DNA of 64,000 nucleotides from Alphaproteobacteria bacterium MarineAlpha5_Bin7 (lineage in GTDB: Bacteria > Pseudomonadota > Alphaproteobacteria > HIMB59 > GCA-002718135). The stretch covers positions 248-64,247 of the forward strand of contig PTKX01000002.1 in NCBI GenBank assembly GCA_002938195.1. The letters run 5' to 3'. The notes under the pieces are model-generated. The model made no database searches. It was not told where the DNA came from and was given only the letters and a program-made list of their open reading frames with translations. The translations under genes and the position numbers were made by a program. The number at the start of each line of letters is the position of its first letter. Position 1 is the first letter of the stretch. This document shows positions 49,205 through 58,644 of the stretch, in pieces.

Positions 49205-50027
49205 GAGTTTTAGTTATAATTTAATTATATATTTTTTTGCTATACTTGTTTTTTTAACTATGTTTTTTCCGTTATATGGATTAATTCTTACAAGCATTCA
49301 ACCAGAAAATGTAATTCGCTCTAAAAACATAACCTTTTTTCCTTCTTCAATCGTTCTCTACCATTTTAAAGAAGTATTAAACCCTAATCATATTTCTCAA
49401 ATTTATGAAGGTATGCGAAATAGTTTTATTGTTTCAATTTTAACAGGAATTTTATCTATACTTTTAGCCTTTCCTGCAGCTTATTCATTATCAAGATTAA
49501 AATTTCCTGGTAAGAATTTAATTCTAATTTCTATGATTTCTGTATATTTTTTGCCAACCATTTTATTTATTATTCCAATGTTTATTTTTTTAGTATCTTA
49601 TAATTTAGATGATACAATATTAAGTCTTGTGGTGCCTTATACAGCATTTATTTTACCATTTGTTGTTTGGATACTTAAAACTTTTATTGATCGACTACCA
49701 CTTGAAGTAGAGGAAGCAGCAAAAATTGATGGCTGTTCTACTATACAATTATTATTAAAAATTGTTTTACCTTTAATTCGACCAGGCTTGCTTTCAGCAT
49801 TTATTTTTGCCTTTATACTTTCATGGGTAGAATTTTTGACTCCATTAATATTTACTAATAATTTAAAAATGTCCACTGTTGCGTTAGGACTTTTTAGAAG
49901 TACAGTTGATATTAAAATTGGACAACAAGCTGCTGCTGCTATATTAACTTTGATACCAGTTACAATTCTTATGGTTGTTTTTCAACGTTATATAACCCAA
50001 GTAATTTTTTCTGGAGCTGATAAATGA
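49194..50027 (+). CDS. ABC transporter permease (MalG/UgpE-like)
   Basis: 277 aa, EAA loop EEAAKIDGCSTIQLLLKIVLPLIRP. Confidence 0.85.
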   Translation: MKNKSFSYNLIIYFFAILVFLTMFFPLYGLILTSIQPENVIRSKNITFFPSSIVLYHFKEVLNPNHISQIYEGMRNSFIVSILTGILSILLAFPAAYSLSRLKFPGKNLILISMISVYFLPTILFIIPMFIFLVSYNLDDTILSLVVPYTAFILPFVVWILKTFIDRLPLEVEEAAKIDGCSTIQLLLKIVLPLIRPGLLSAFIFAFILSWVEFLTPLIFTNNLKMSTVALGLFRSTVDIKIGQQAAAAILTLIPVTILMVVFQRYITQVIFSGADK

Positions 50028-51028
50028 GTGTAAAAAAATTAAGAATAGCTGTCATTGGTACTGGCTTGATAGGATCTCTTCATGCCGAAATATATAATGA
50101 GAATAATTTAGCAGAACTTGTAGCTGTTTGTGATATTAATAAAAAAGCAGTCAAACAAGTAGCTAAAAAAAATAATTGCAATTATTATTTTAATTATGAA
50201 GAAATGTTAAAGAATGAAGCTCTAGATGCTGTTAGTATAGCAACTCCAGAGAGTATTAGATTAAAACCTTGTATCATGGCAGCAAAAAAGGGTTTAAAAA
50301 TTCTTTTAGAAAAACCACTTGGTAAGAAATTTAATGAAATTAAAAATCTAGTTACAAGATTAAAAAAAATTAAAGCTTACGTTGCTGTAAATTTTATTTT
50401 ACACGCTGACCCTAGATTTAGAAAAATGAAAGAGGAAATCAAGAACAATAAAATAGGGAATATTGTAACTTATTTTGCTAGAAGAAGAGGCAATAGATTA
50501 GGAATTGAATATTATGCTCCCTGGACAGATCTTTTATCTTCAACTTTAATTCATGATATTCAAATGATTTTAGAATTATCTAAATCAAATCCTGAAAGAG
50601 TTTTTGCTGAAGCAGTAATACGTGAATGTAAAAAATACAATTCTCACGACGCAGTCGTTGCAACTTTAAAATTTCGCGATGGAAGTGTTGCATCCTTTGA
50701 AACTTCATGGGTTTTGCCAAAAAATCAACCAGAACCTTTAGATCCTGCCTTTAATGTAATTGGTGATCAAGGATCAATAATAATCGAAGGTTCTTCTTTG
50801 GGGATGAATATACTGACAAATAAACAATTTATTAAACCCGATCTTGCTCACTGGCCAACAATAGACTCTTCTGTAGATGGCGCTTTAAAGAAAAATTTAG
50901 ACATGTTTGTTAATAATGCTTTAAACAATAAGCCTCCTATTGTAGATTTGCACTCTGCGCAACTAGCAGAAAAAGTTGTTCACTCTATGAAAGAATCAAT
51001 AAGATTGAAAAAACCTATAAAATTATAG
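50024..51028 (+). CDS. Gfo/Idh/MocA family oxidoreductase
   Basis: 334 aa. Rossmann N terminus LRIAVIGTGLIGSLHA and the EKP motif (LLEKPLG). Confidence 0.8.
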   Translation: MSVKKLRIAVIGTGLIGSLHAEIYNENNLAELVAVCDINKKAVKQVAKKNNCNYYFNYEEMLKNEALDAVSIATPESIRLKPCIMAAKKGLKILLEKPLGKKFNEIKNLVTRLKKIKAYVAVNFILHADPRFRKMKEEIKNNKIGNIVTYFARRRGNRLGIEYYAPWTDLLSSTLIHDIQMILELSKSNPERVFAEAVIRECKKYNSHDAVVATLKFRDGSVASFETSWVLPKNQPEPLDPAFNVIGDQGSIIIEGSSLGMNILTNKQFIKPDLAHWPTIDSSVDGALKKNLDMFVNNALNNKPPIVDLHSAQLAEKVVHSMKESIRLKKPIKL

Positions 51029-51100
51029 TTATATGATAAATAGGATATTACAAAAAGGAATTATATTTTATAAAGATTAAATACAAGTTAGTTTTAAAAT

Positions 51101-51487
51101 ATGTCAGAGGAAGAAGATACTAAAATTTTGCAAGGTAAGTGGTGGAAAATTAAAAAAGATATTAAAACCAGAATAGAAGCAAAATATGATAAAATTAGAG
51201 ATTGGGTAATGGACCCTAAAGGATATTTTTTAATTAATATTGATAGGGAAAAACATTTAATACGGGTAGCTTACTGTGTGTTTTCTAAATTAGGCAATGA
51301 TCCTATTCACGATATGATTGCGGAAGTTACTGGAAAAACAGCAATAGAAATAGTGAATACCCTTATTAATCAAAAATATATCTCTTCATTACAACATGCA
51401 GCTGACATGGGGATTGAGCTGCATAAAGCTGAAATTGCTCTAAAATATAATTATAATTATATTCAAGATAAAGATTTAGAATTATAA
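51101..51487 (+). CDS. hypothetical protein, DUF4346-like by recalled motif
   Basis: 128 aa. DPKGYFLINIDRE..IRVAYC and LQHAADMGIELHKAEIAL...YIQD resemble the DPaGYF.I and HAAYLGrEL.KAE patterns recalled for DUF4346. It ends 21 nt upstream of the homocysteine methyltransferase gene. Confidence 0.4.
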   Translation: MSEEEDTKILQGKWWKIKKDIKTRIEAKYDKIRDWVMDPKGYFLINIDREKHLIRVAYCVFSKLGNDPIHDMIAEVTGKTAIEIVNTLINQKYISSLQHAADMGIELHKAEIALKYNYNYIQDKDLEL

Positions 51488-51508
51488 AACAGATATAGCT
51501 GGATAGAG

Positions 51509-52414
51509 ATGTTTAGTAAAAATAAAAAATATATTCTAGATGGAGGATCTGGGCAGACTTTATTAGAAATGGGCTTGATCCCAGAGGGTAGACTTTGGTC
51601 AGCTACTGCTTTAATAAATAAAAGTTTACATAAAATGATTGTAAATATGCATTTAGATTTTATAAATGCCGGATCAGATTTAATTGTAACTAGTAATTTC
51701 TCTGTAAGAAAGAGAAGATTGTTAGAATATAATAAATTAGATTTTTTTGAACAAGCAACCAATGATTCAGCCTTGTTAGCAAATAAGGCAAAAAGTATTT
51801 CTGGAAAAAATATTTTAATAGCTGGATCACTTCCAACTCAAGAGATTGTTTATTTTTCAAAAAGAGTTACCGATGATAAGGAAATATTTAATGGTTTTAG
51901 TGCAACTGCTAATATTTTAAATCCTAACGTTGACTTGTTTTATTTAGATGTTTTGAGCAGTATAAATGAAATTAAAATTGCTTGTGAAGCGATTAAAGAT
52001 CTTCAGAAACCAATTTTGATAGGTGTTCATTTAAATAAAAAAGGTTTTCTACCTTCAGGGGAAACAATCGAAGATTTATTACCAATTAGCAATGATTATA
52101 ATTGTTGTGGAATAATAACAGCGTGTGTTTCTCCAGAAATAGTAAATCTTGTAATGCCTAAATTAATTAATCAAAATTTACCTTTTGGATTTAAAGTTAA
52201 TGCATTTAAAAATATACCTGAGAATAAAGCACTAGATTCCGATTCATATTTAAATGGATATCCAACAGAGAGGTATGGTTCACGTGCTGATGAATTTACT
52301 CCCGATGTATTTGAAAAATTTGTTACTTCTGCATCCAAACAAGGAGCCTCTTTTCTTGGCGGCTGTTGCGAGATAAAACCACGACATATTAGTTCTCTAA
52401 AAAATTTATTTTAA
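51509..52414 (+). CDS. homocysteine S-methyltransferase domain protein (BHMT/MmuM-like)
   Basis: 301 aa. ILDGGSGQTLLEMG, and the Zn-ligand cysteines in ITACVSPE and LGGCCEIKPRHI. Confidence 0.8.
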   Translation: MFSKNKKYILDGGSGQTLLEMGLIPEGRLWSATALINKSLHKMIVNMHLDFINAGSDLIVTSNFSVRKRRLLEYNKLDFFEQATNDSALLANKAKSISGKNILIAGSLPTQEIVYFSKRVTDDKEIFNGFSATANILNPNVDLFYLDVLSSINEIKIACEAIKDLQKPILIGVHLNKKGFLPSGETIEDLLPISNDYNCCGIITACVSPEIVNLVMPKLINQNLPFGFKVNAFKNIPENKALDSDSYLNGYPTERYGSRADEFTPDVFEKFVTSASKQGASFLGGCCEIKPRHISSLKNLF

Positions 52415-52415
52415 A

Positions 52416-53240
52416 TTATTTTTTAATATAATTTAATTTTTTCATTTCTGAATAAAATGCTTTCTCTACTTTATTTTTTTGATCTTTACTCAGTATCTTC
52501 TTCCAGCTATCAATTTTTCCTGACCTAAAAAAAACACCCTTTTTATTAGATTCTTGAAATCCTAAACTTTTTTCCAGTTTTTTTAGTTTTGTAAATTGTG
52601 TTTTTTGAATAGCCTGGTTTAAAATTTTTGTATCTAAATCAATATCTATGTATTGAGATAGAAAATTAATTAATTTTTCAAAATTCTTTTTTGGATTTAA
52701 TACCAAATCTTCATATTTTAAAAATATACTTGGAACATTTATAAAACTTTTCCAAGATTTATAATGTAAGGACCAATTAACAATAGTTTCTGATCCAATA
52801 ACATTTATTATATTTGATGAAGTAAAATCTTTTAATTGCTCATCTATAGAAATATTATTATGGTAAGCATATGAAATTAAAACTTCTCTAGGATCTCTTA
52901 CTATATAAATAAATAATAAAGTATTTTTTTTACTAGTAAAAGTATAATTATTAAGACTACCATAAAAGTAATGAGTTTTATAAATTAATTCTTTTTGTTG
53001 AAAATTTTTTATTAGTTTTGATTGAACCTCTTGAGAATATTTAAGAAAATCAAAATTTTCATTAAATATTTTTTTGTTTAGAATTTTTTCGAAAGTTTCT
53101 TTTCTTTCAAATTTAGGAATTTTTTTTAAAAGACTAAAGTCTGTTTTAATATTTTTAGGATAAAGGTAATGTGATAGAAATGCCCTCACGTATGTATTCC
53201 CACTTTTTGGGTAAGAAGCTATCCATATTATTTTTTTCAA
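52416..53240 (-). CDS. sulfotransferase domain protein (paralogue of 10795..11658)
   Basis: 274 aa. IASYPKSGNTYVRAFL, IYIVRDPREVLISY and FFRSGKIDSW. Confidence 0.8.
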   Translation of the reverse strand: MKKIIWIASYPKSGNTYVRAFLSHYLYPKNIKTDFSLLKKIPKFERKETFEKILNKKIFNENFDFLKYSQEVQSKLIKNFQQKELIYKTHYFYGSLNNYTFTSKKNTLLFIYIVRDPREVLISYAYHNNISIDEQLKDFTSSNIINVIGSETIVNWSLHYKSWKSFINVPSIFLKYEDLVLNPKKNFEKLINFLSQYIDIDLDTKILNQAIQKTQFTKLKKLEKSLGFQESNKKGVFFRSGKIDSWKKILSKDQKNKVEKAFYSEMKKLNYIKK

Positions 53241-53281
53241 AACTAATAATTTATTAATTCATAAATTATAAATAAAGAGAG

Positions 53282-53761
53282 TTAACTTCCAGTACTAACT
53301 TGACTTATCTCAGTTTTTATTTCTTCTTTCTCAGGCACAACATAAGCAATTGCACAATGGTCCAGACAGTAAGGTTTGTCATCAAATCTTTCTTTATTAC
53401 AAAAATGAAAATCTGGTTCATCTGGATGTCCTACAGGCCATTCACATCCTCTTTTAATTGAGGAAACAATTAAGTTTTTTTCTACCGGACTAAAACTTTT
53501 AGCTACATAACTTTCTCTACTTTGTTCTTTATTATTATTTTCAAAATTAAGTTTAGGCATTACTGGGGAGCGCGCCTTCTTTCTATCCGGCTTTACTGCG
53601 GTGCGTCTAATCGGAGAAGGTCTTCTCTCTAAGCCTATTCTGTGTGCTTTACCAACTACAGCGTTTTTTGTAAATCCTAGCAATTTACCAATTTGTGCTG
53701 TAGGCAGTCCTTGATCCCACAATTCCTTTAGTCTATTTACATTATCATCATTCCAAGACAT
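53282..53761 (-). CDS. gcrA: GcrA cell-cycle regulator
   Basis: 159 aa. MSWNDDNVNRLKELWDQGLPTAQIGKLLG..TKNAVVGKAHRIGL and the C-terminal CEWPVGHP......FC......PYC..H. Confidence 0.9.
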   Translation of the reverse strand: MSWNDDNVNRLKELWDQGLPTAQIGKLLGFTKNAVVGKAHRIGLERRPSPIRRTAVKPDRKKARSPVMPKLNFENNNKEQSRESYVAKSFSPVEKNLIVSSIKRGCEWPVGHPDEPDFHFCNKERFDDKPYCLDHCAIAYVVPEKEEIKTEISQVSTGS

Positions 53762-53905
53762 ACAAAAACTCCGTATTTATATCTATATATAGTATCTTGG
53801 GTATATAGTGATACACTAAATATATGATAAAGGAAGTTAAAAAACAGCCAATTTTCAAAAAAATCCTTATTTTTAGTAATTTTTTTGTTAATATTTTTAA
53901 TTTTT

Positions 53906-55105
53906 ATGAAAACTATCAACAATTATAGCTTAAAAAACAAAAATGTTCTCATTAGGGTTGATCTTAATGTTCCAGTAATCGATGGTGTTGTTACTGATCA
54001 ATCTAGGATAGCTTCAATCAAATCAACAATAAATAAAGTTATTCAAGGTAACAATAAAATTTTTTTGCTATCCCATTTTGGAAGACCTAAAGGAAAATAT
54101 AATAAAAAATATTCACTAGAATTTATTTGCGATGTTTTAAAAACAAAGCTTAAGGTTAATAAAATTTATTTCATCAATTCTTTAGAAGCCAAAGATATTC
54201 AAAAGATACAAAAAAATATGAAACACAATGATATATGTCTATTTGAGAATATTAGATTTTATAATGAAGAAGAAAAAAATGATTTAAATTTTTCGAAAAA
54301 TTTATCTAAGTGTTTTGATGTTTTTATTAATGAGGCTTTTTCTGCATCTCATAGAAAACATTCATCAATTGTAGGAATTACTAAATTTTTACCTTCTATA
54401 GCAGGAGATAATTTAATTGATGAAATAAAAAATTTAAACTTTTTTCTAGATACTTCAGCAGAAATTAAAACAGCTGTTATTGGAGGATCTAAAATTTCAA
54501 CCAAAATTGAATTGATAGATAATTTAATAAAATATTTTGATAATATTAGTATTGCAGGAGCAATGGCAAATACTTTTCTTCTTGCCAAAGGCTATAGAAT
54601 TGGCAACTCAATTGTTGAACGAAATCATATCGATACTGCAAATAATATTTTATCAAAAGCTAAAAAACATAACTGCAATGTTTTTTTACCAGTAGACGTT
54701 GTTTGTGCTAATAATATTAATGACAAGGTAAACATTAATCATTGTGATATTGCTAATGTTCTGTCTGACCAAATGATTTTAGATATAGGTGATAAAACTA
54801 CTAAAAACATAATCAATGTTCTAGTAAATTCTAATATGGTATTATGGAATGGACCTTTAGGAGCTTTTGAACACAAACCCTTCGATCATGGAACGATTGA
54901 AGTATTGAATGTTATAAAAAATAATAATATTTTCTCAGATATATTAACGCTTGCTGGAGGTGGAGACACCATTTCAGCAATCAAAATGGCTAACGCGGAG
55001 AGGAGTTTTTCTTATATTTCAAATGCAGGGGGGGCATTTTTAGAATGGTTAGAGGGCAAGGAATCTCCTGGTGTAAAAGCACTTAGAGAAAATAATTTAT
55101 TTTAG
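53906..55105 (+). CDS. pgk: phosphoglycerate kinase
   Basis: IRVDLNVP, SHFGRPKG and NGPLGAFE. ATG 53906 is preferred to the track TTG at 53885. Confidence 0.9.
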   Translation: MKTINNYSLKNKNVLIRVDLNVPVIDGVVTDQSRIASIKSTINKVIQGNNKIFLLSHFGRPKGKYNKKYSLEFICDVLKTKLKVNKIYFINSLEAKDIQKIQKNMKHNDICLFENIRFYNEEEKNDLNFSKNLSKCFDVFINEAFSASHRKHSSIVGITKFLPSIAGDNLIDEIKNLNFFLDTSAEIKTAVIGGSKISTKIELIDNLIKYFDNISIAGAMANTFLLAKGYRIGNSIVERNHIDTANNILSKAKKHNCNVFLPVDVVCANNINDKVNINHCDIANVLSDQMILDIGDKTTKNIINVLVNSNMVLWNGPLGAFEHKPFDHGTIEVLNVIKNNNIFSDILTLAGGGDTISAIKMANAERSFSYISNAGGAFLEWLEGKESPGVKALRENNLF

Positions 55106-55641
55106 TCTTCAATTAAATATTTTTTTATCGTTGAAAATTGTGAAAGTGTGAAAATAAAAGTAATTGGCAAAATTCCAAATACCTTAAAGTTTACCCAAAT
55201 ATCTGTAGATTGGGTTCTCCATATAATTTCATTTAATAAAGCAAGAGCTATAAAAAAACCTACCCACCTTTTTGTTAAAATGGACCATCCTATTTCTTGA
55301 AGTTTTAAAGTACCACCCAAAAGATATTTTAGCAGAGGTTTTTTAAAAACTTCTCCTCCATATAAAATTAAAGCAAATAGAATATTAATGATTGTTGGTT
55401 TCATTTTAAAAAAAACTTCATTGTCAAAGTATATTGTGAGTCCTCCAAAAACTAAAATTATTCCAGCTCCTACTGTAGGCATTATAGGTATTTTTTTTTC
55501 CATTATGTATGAGAACAATACAGCTATTACTGTTGCTATCATGAAAGGTAAAATAGCAGTTTGTAAATCACTTCTAGTATAAAAAATAAAAAATACTGCT
55601 AAGGGACCAATATCAACAAGTAATTTTACAATACCATTCAT
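55102..55641 (-). CDS. yciB: intracellular septation protein A (YciB/IspZ)
   Basis: 179 aa, five hydrophobic segments, N-terminal LLVDIGPLAVFFIFY. It sits in the conserved position after ftsY. Confidence 0.75.
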   Translation of the reverse strand: MNGIVKLLVDIGPLAVFFIFYTRSDLQTAILPFMIATVIAVLFSYIMEKKIPIMPTVGAGIILVFGGLTIYFDNEVFFKMKPTIINILFALILYGGEVFKKPLLKYLLGGTLKLQEIGWSILTKRWVGFFIALALLNEIIWRTQSTDIWVNFKVFGILPITFIFTLSQFSTIKKYLIED

Positions 55642-55644
55642 TTT

Positions 55645-56559
55645 TTAATTATCCAATTCAAGCATGGATTGGGCAAAAGATCTTGCACTAAATTCATAAA
55701 GATCATCTATTTTTTCTCCAAGACCAACAAAATGTATTGGTATTTCATATTTATTTGCAATTGAAACAAGCGCTCCACCTTTTGCTGTTCCATCAATTTT
55801 AGTAATTATTAAACCATTTATATCTAAAGATTCTCCAAATATTTCGACTTGTTTAATCATATTAGAGCCATTTGTTCCATCTAAAACTAATAAGGTTTTT
55901 ATTTGTTTAGTATCTATTGTTTTACCTACAACATTTTTAATTTTTATTAATTGGTTTAATAAATTAGTATTATTTGAAAGTCTACCAGCAGTATCAATAA
56001 TTAAATAATCATAATTTTCTTTGACTGCTTTTAGCGAAGCAGTATATGCTAGACTTGCAGGATCTTGTTCAATATTTCCTTGATAAAAGTCAACATTTTT
56101 TCTTAAAGTCCATTCTTTTAATTGTTCCACTGCTGCAGCACGAAATGTATCACAAGCTCCAACTAGAATATTGCTTTCTGAAGGAATTTTATGGATTAAC
56201 TTTCCTATAGTAGTAGTTTTTCCGCTACCGTTAACTCCTATAAAAATAATAACTGTTGGTTTTTCATTATTATTTGAAAGTAATAGTTTTTCTCTAGGTT
56301 TAAGAATTTTTTCTAATTCCCCAGATAAAATTTTTAAAACAAAATTAGAATCACTGTCACTTGAAATATTTGTTGATTTAATTTTTTTAATTAGACTTTC
56401 TGTTACTTCTAAACCTAAGTCGCTAGAAATTAGTGTTGATTCTATTTCATCTAAAATTTCTTGGTTAATTTTTTTTGCTGATACAATTGATAATAAGTTA
56501 GAAGAAAGTACTGAAGATGTTTTTTTTAAACCATTTTGAAACTTTTTAAATATATTCAT
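55645..56559 (-). CDS. ftsY: signal recognition particle receptor FtsY
   Basis: 304 aa. GVNGSGKTTTIGKL, DTAGR and TKIDGTAKGG. Confidence 0.95.
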   Translation of the reverse strand: MNIFKKFQNGLKKTSSVLSSNLLSIVSAKKINQEILDEIESTLISSDLGLEVTESLIKKIKSTNISSDSDSNFVLKILSGELEKILKPREKLLLSNNNEKPTVIIFIGVNGSGKTTTIGKLIHKIPSESNILVGACDTFRAAAVEQLKEWTLRKNVDFYQGNIEQDPASLAYTASLKAVKENYDYLIIDTAGRLSNNTNLLNQLIKIKNVVGKTIDTKQIKTLLVLDGTNGSNMIKQVEIFGESLDINGLIITKIDGTAKGGALVSIANKYEIPIHFVGLGEKIDDLYEFSARSFAQSMLELDN

Positions 56560-56562
56560 TAT

Positions 56563-57825
56563 CTATACAGCGTAACCACATAAAACATCTTGGCTCACAT
56601 TAGTAATCATGCATTTTACAATTTTGCCTTCTTTAATATTTTTTTTAATTTTTATTTTTGTAAAATGTTGTGATTTTCCATAAGTAAAGTTTTCTTTTAC
56701 TTGCTCTACTAGCATCATTGCAGAATTTCCTATTTGAGACTTTAGATATTTTTGCATTTGTTCATTGCCAATATCTCTTAAAATACTCGCTCTTTTTTTT
56801 ATTATATTTTTTGGCACTTGTGGCATCAAAGCAGCTGGAGTATTTTTTCTCACTGAATATGGAAAAATATGCAAATGCGTAAGGTTACAATCTTTAATAA
56901 TTTTTATTGTATCTTGAAACATTTTTTCAGTTTCAGTTGGAAACCCTGCAATAATATCTGCTCCAAAAACTACATCTTTTCTTATTAACCTAACTTTTTT
57001 ACAAAAATTAATTACATGTTTATGATTGTGTCTTCTTTTCATTCTTTTTAAAATTAAATCATTTCCCGATTGTAAGCTTAAATGAAAATGTGGCATCAAA
57101 CGTCTATCTTCAAGCAAGGGCCAAAAATCATTTGTTATTTCCGCGCAGTCTAATGAGCTCAATCTAAGTTGTTTTAATTCTGGAATAAGATTTAATATAC
57201 GTTTAACAAGTTGGAAAAGATTGGGATTCCCAGGCAAATCTTTTCCATAATCTGTAATATCCACTCCTGTCAAAACAACTTCATTATAACCATTAGCTAC
57301 TAAAGTTTTAATTCGCTCTGATATCACTCCAACTGGTACGCTTCTATTATTACCTCTTCCAAATGGAATAATACAAAAAGTACAACGATGATCGCATCCT
57401 TGCTGTATTTCAACATAAGCTCGAGATTTACCCTCAAATTTTTGTATTATATTATTGCTAATATTATTTTCATTAAAAATATCTTTGACTTGAGTTGATT
57501 CATTTTTTTCTAAATTAGTCCAAGTTGTACTTAATAATTTTTCTTTATTACCTATGACATAATCTACCTCAACTAAATTCATATATTTTTCAGGATTAAT
57601 TTGAGCAGCACATCCTGTAACGACAATTTTTTTATTTGGAAAATTTCTTTTGGATTTGCGAATTTCATAATTGACTTTTTTTTCTGCTTCTTCAGTTACT
57701 GCACATGAATTAATAATTATATAATTTTTAAATTTATTGTTTTTAATATGTGATTTTATTACTTCTCCTTCAAATATATTTAATCTACAACCTAAATTTA
57801 TAATGTTTGAACTTTCTTTTTTCAT
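56563..57825 (-). CDS. mtaB: MiaB-like tRNA methylthiotransferase (MtaB type)
   Basis: 420 aa. N-terminal UPF0004-type Cys residues, radical-SAM CDHRCTFCIIP, and a C-terminal TRAM-like region. dapF-mtaB-ftsY synteny. Confidence 0.8.
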   Translation of the reverse strand: MKKESSNIINLGCRLNIFEGEVIKSHIKNNKFKNYIIINSCAVTEEAEKKVNYEIRKSKRNFPNKKIVVTGCAAQINPEKYMNLVEVDYVIGNKEKLLSTTWTNLEKNESTQVKDIFNENNISNNIIQKFEGKSRAYVEIQQGCDHRCTFCIIPFGRGNNRSVPVGVISERIKTLVANGYNEVVLTGVDITDYGKDLPGNPNLFQLVKRILNLIPELKQLRLSSLDCAEITNDFWPLLEDRRLMPHFHLSLQSGNDLILKRMKRRHNHKHVINFCKKVRLIRKDVVFGADIIAGFPTETEKMFQDTIKIIKDCNLTHLHIFPYSVRKNTPAALMPQVPKNIIKKRASILRDIGNEQMQKYLKSQIGNSAMMLVEQVKENFTYGKSQHFTKIKIKKNIKEGKIVKCMITNVSQDVLCGYAV

Positions 57826-58644
57826 TTATATTTCTACATTACCGTAAAAGCTTATTTCTGCAGGCCCTGTCATTATTGCTTCTTCTTTTTCTATATTAAC
57901 AAACAATGAACCACGTTCTAATAAGACCTCAACATTGTTATGTAAATATTTTTTAATTTGTCCAGCATATACAGCTGCACATGCTCCACTTCCACAAGCA
58001 AGGGTTATTCCCGCTCCTCTTTCCCAAACGCGCATTTTTATTTTTTGTTCATTTATTATTTCAACAATTTCTAAATTTGTTTTATTTGGGAATAAATTAT
58101 TATTTTCAATATTTGGCCCTATTTCATTTAATTTTACCCTATCTATATCTTTGCCAAAAAAAACTATATGAGGGTTTCCAACATTCACTGCAATTCCATT
58201 TTCAAATCCATTTATTTCTATAGGCATATTTAAAGTGTCTACTTTTTGTGATAATGGAATTTTTTGCCAGTTAGTACTAACTTTACCTAAATTTACACTA
58301 ATACTACTATCATTAATCTTTTTTGCCTTTAATAATCCTGCATCAGAGTTTATATTTATTTGTTCTTTATTAGACTCTTGAAATAATAATTTTGCAACAC
58401 ATCTTGTTCCATTGCCACATGCCTCAGCCTTATCACCACTTGGATTAAAAATTTCGATTTGAACTTCTGCACTTTCATTCTTACTTGGATTAATAGTAAT
58501 TAATTGATCACATCCAGCACCTGTTTTTCGATCACTTAATTTATTAATTAAATCTTTTGTTATATTGATATTATGTACTCTTTGATCAATAATAACAAAA
58601 TCATTACCCAATCCATGCATTTTGATGAATTCAATTTTTTGCAT
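57826..58644 (-). CDS. dapF: diaminopimelate epimerase
   Basis: 272 aa. FIKMHGLGNDFVII, with catalytic Cys motifs ACGNGTRC and ACGSGACA. Confidence 0.95.
   Translation of the reverse strand: MQKIEFIKMHGLGNDFVIIDQRVHNINITKDLINKLSDRKTGAGCDQLITINPSKNESAEVQIEIFNPSGDKAEACGNGTRCVAKLLFQESNKEQININSDAGLLKAKKINDSSISVNLGKVSTNWQKIPLSQKVDTLNMPIEINGFENGIAVNVGNPHIVFFGKDIDRVKLNEIGPNIENNNLFPNKTNLEIVEIINEQKIKMRVWERGAGITLACGSGACAAVYAGQIKKYLHNNVEVLLERGSLFVNIEKEEAIMTGPAEISFYGNVEI

Noticed and set aside
51029-51100. Possible SAM-type riboswitch upstream of the homocysteine methyltransferase operon
   Set aside because: The 72-nt spacer (and the 21-nt gap at 51488-51508) is almost pure A/T, with no stems or pseudoknot-forming complementary segments visible by eye.
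53885-53902. CtrA-box-like TTAA...TTAA upstream of pgk/gcrA
   Set aside because: The spacing is N5, not the N7 of the CtrA consensus, and TTAA is very frequent in this composition.
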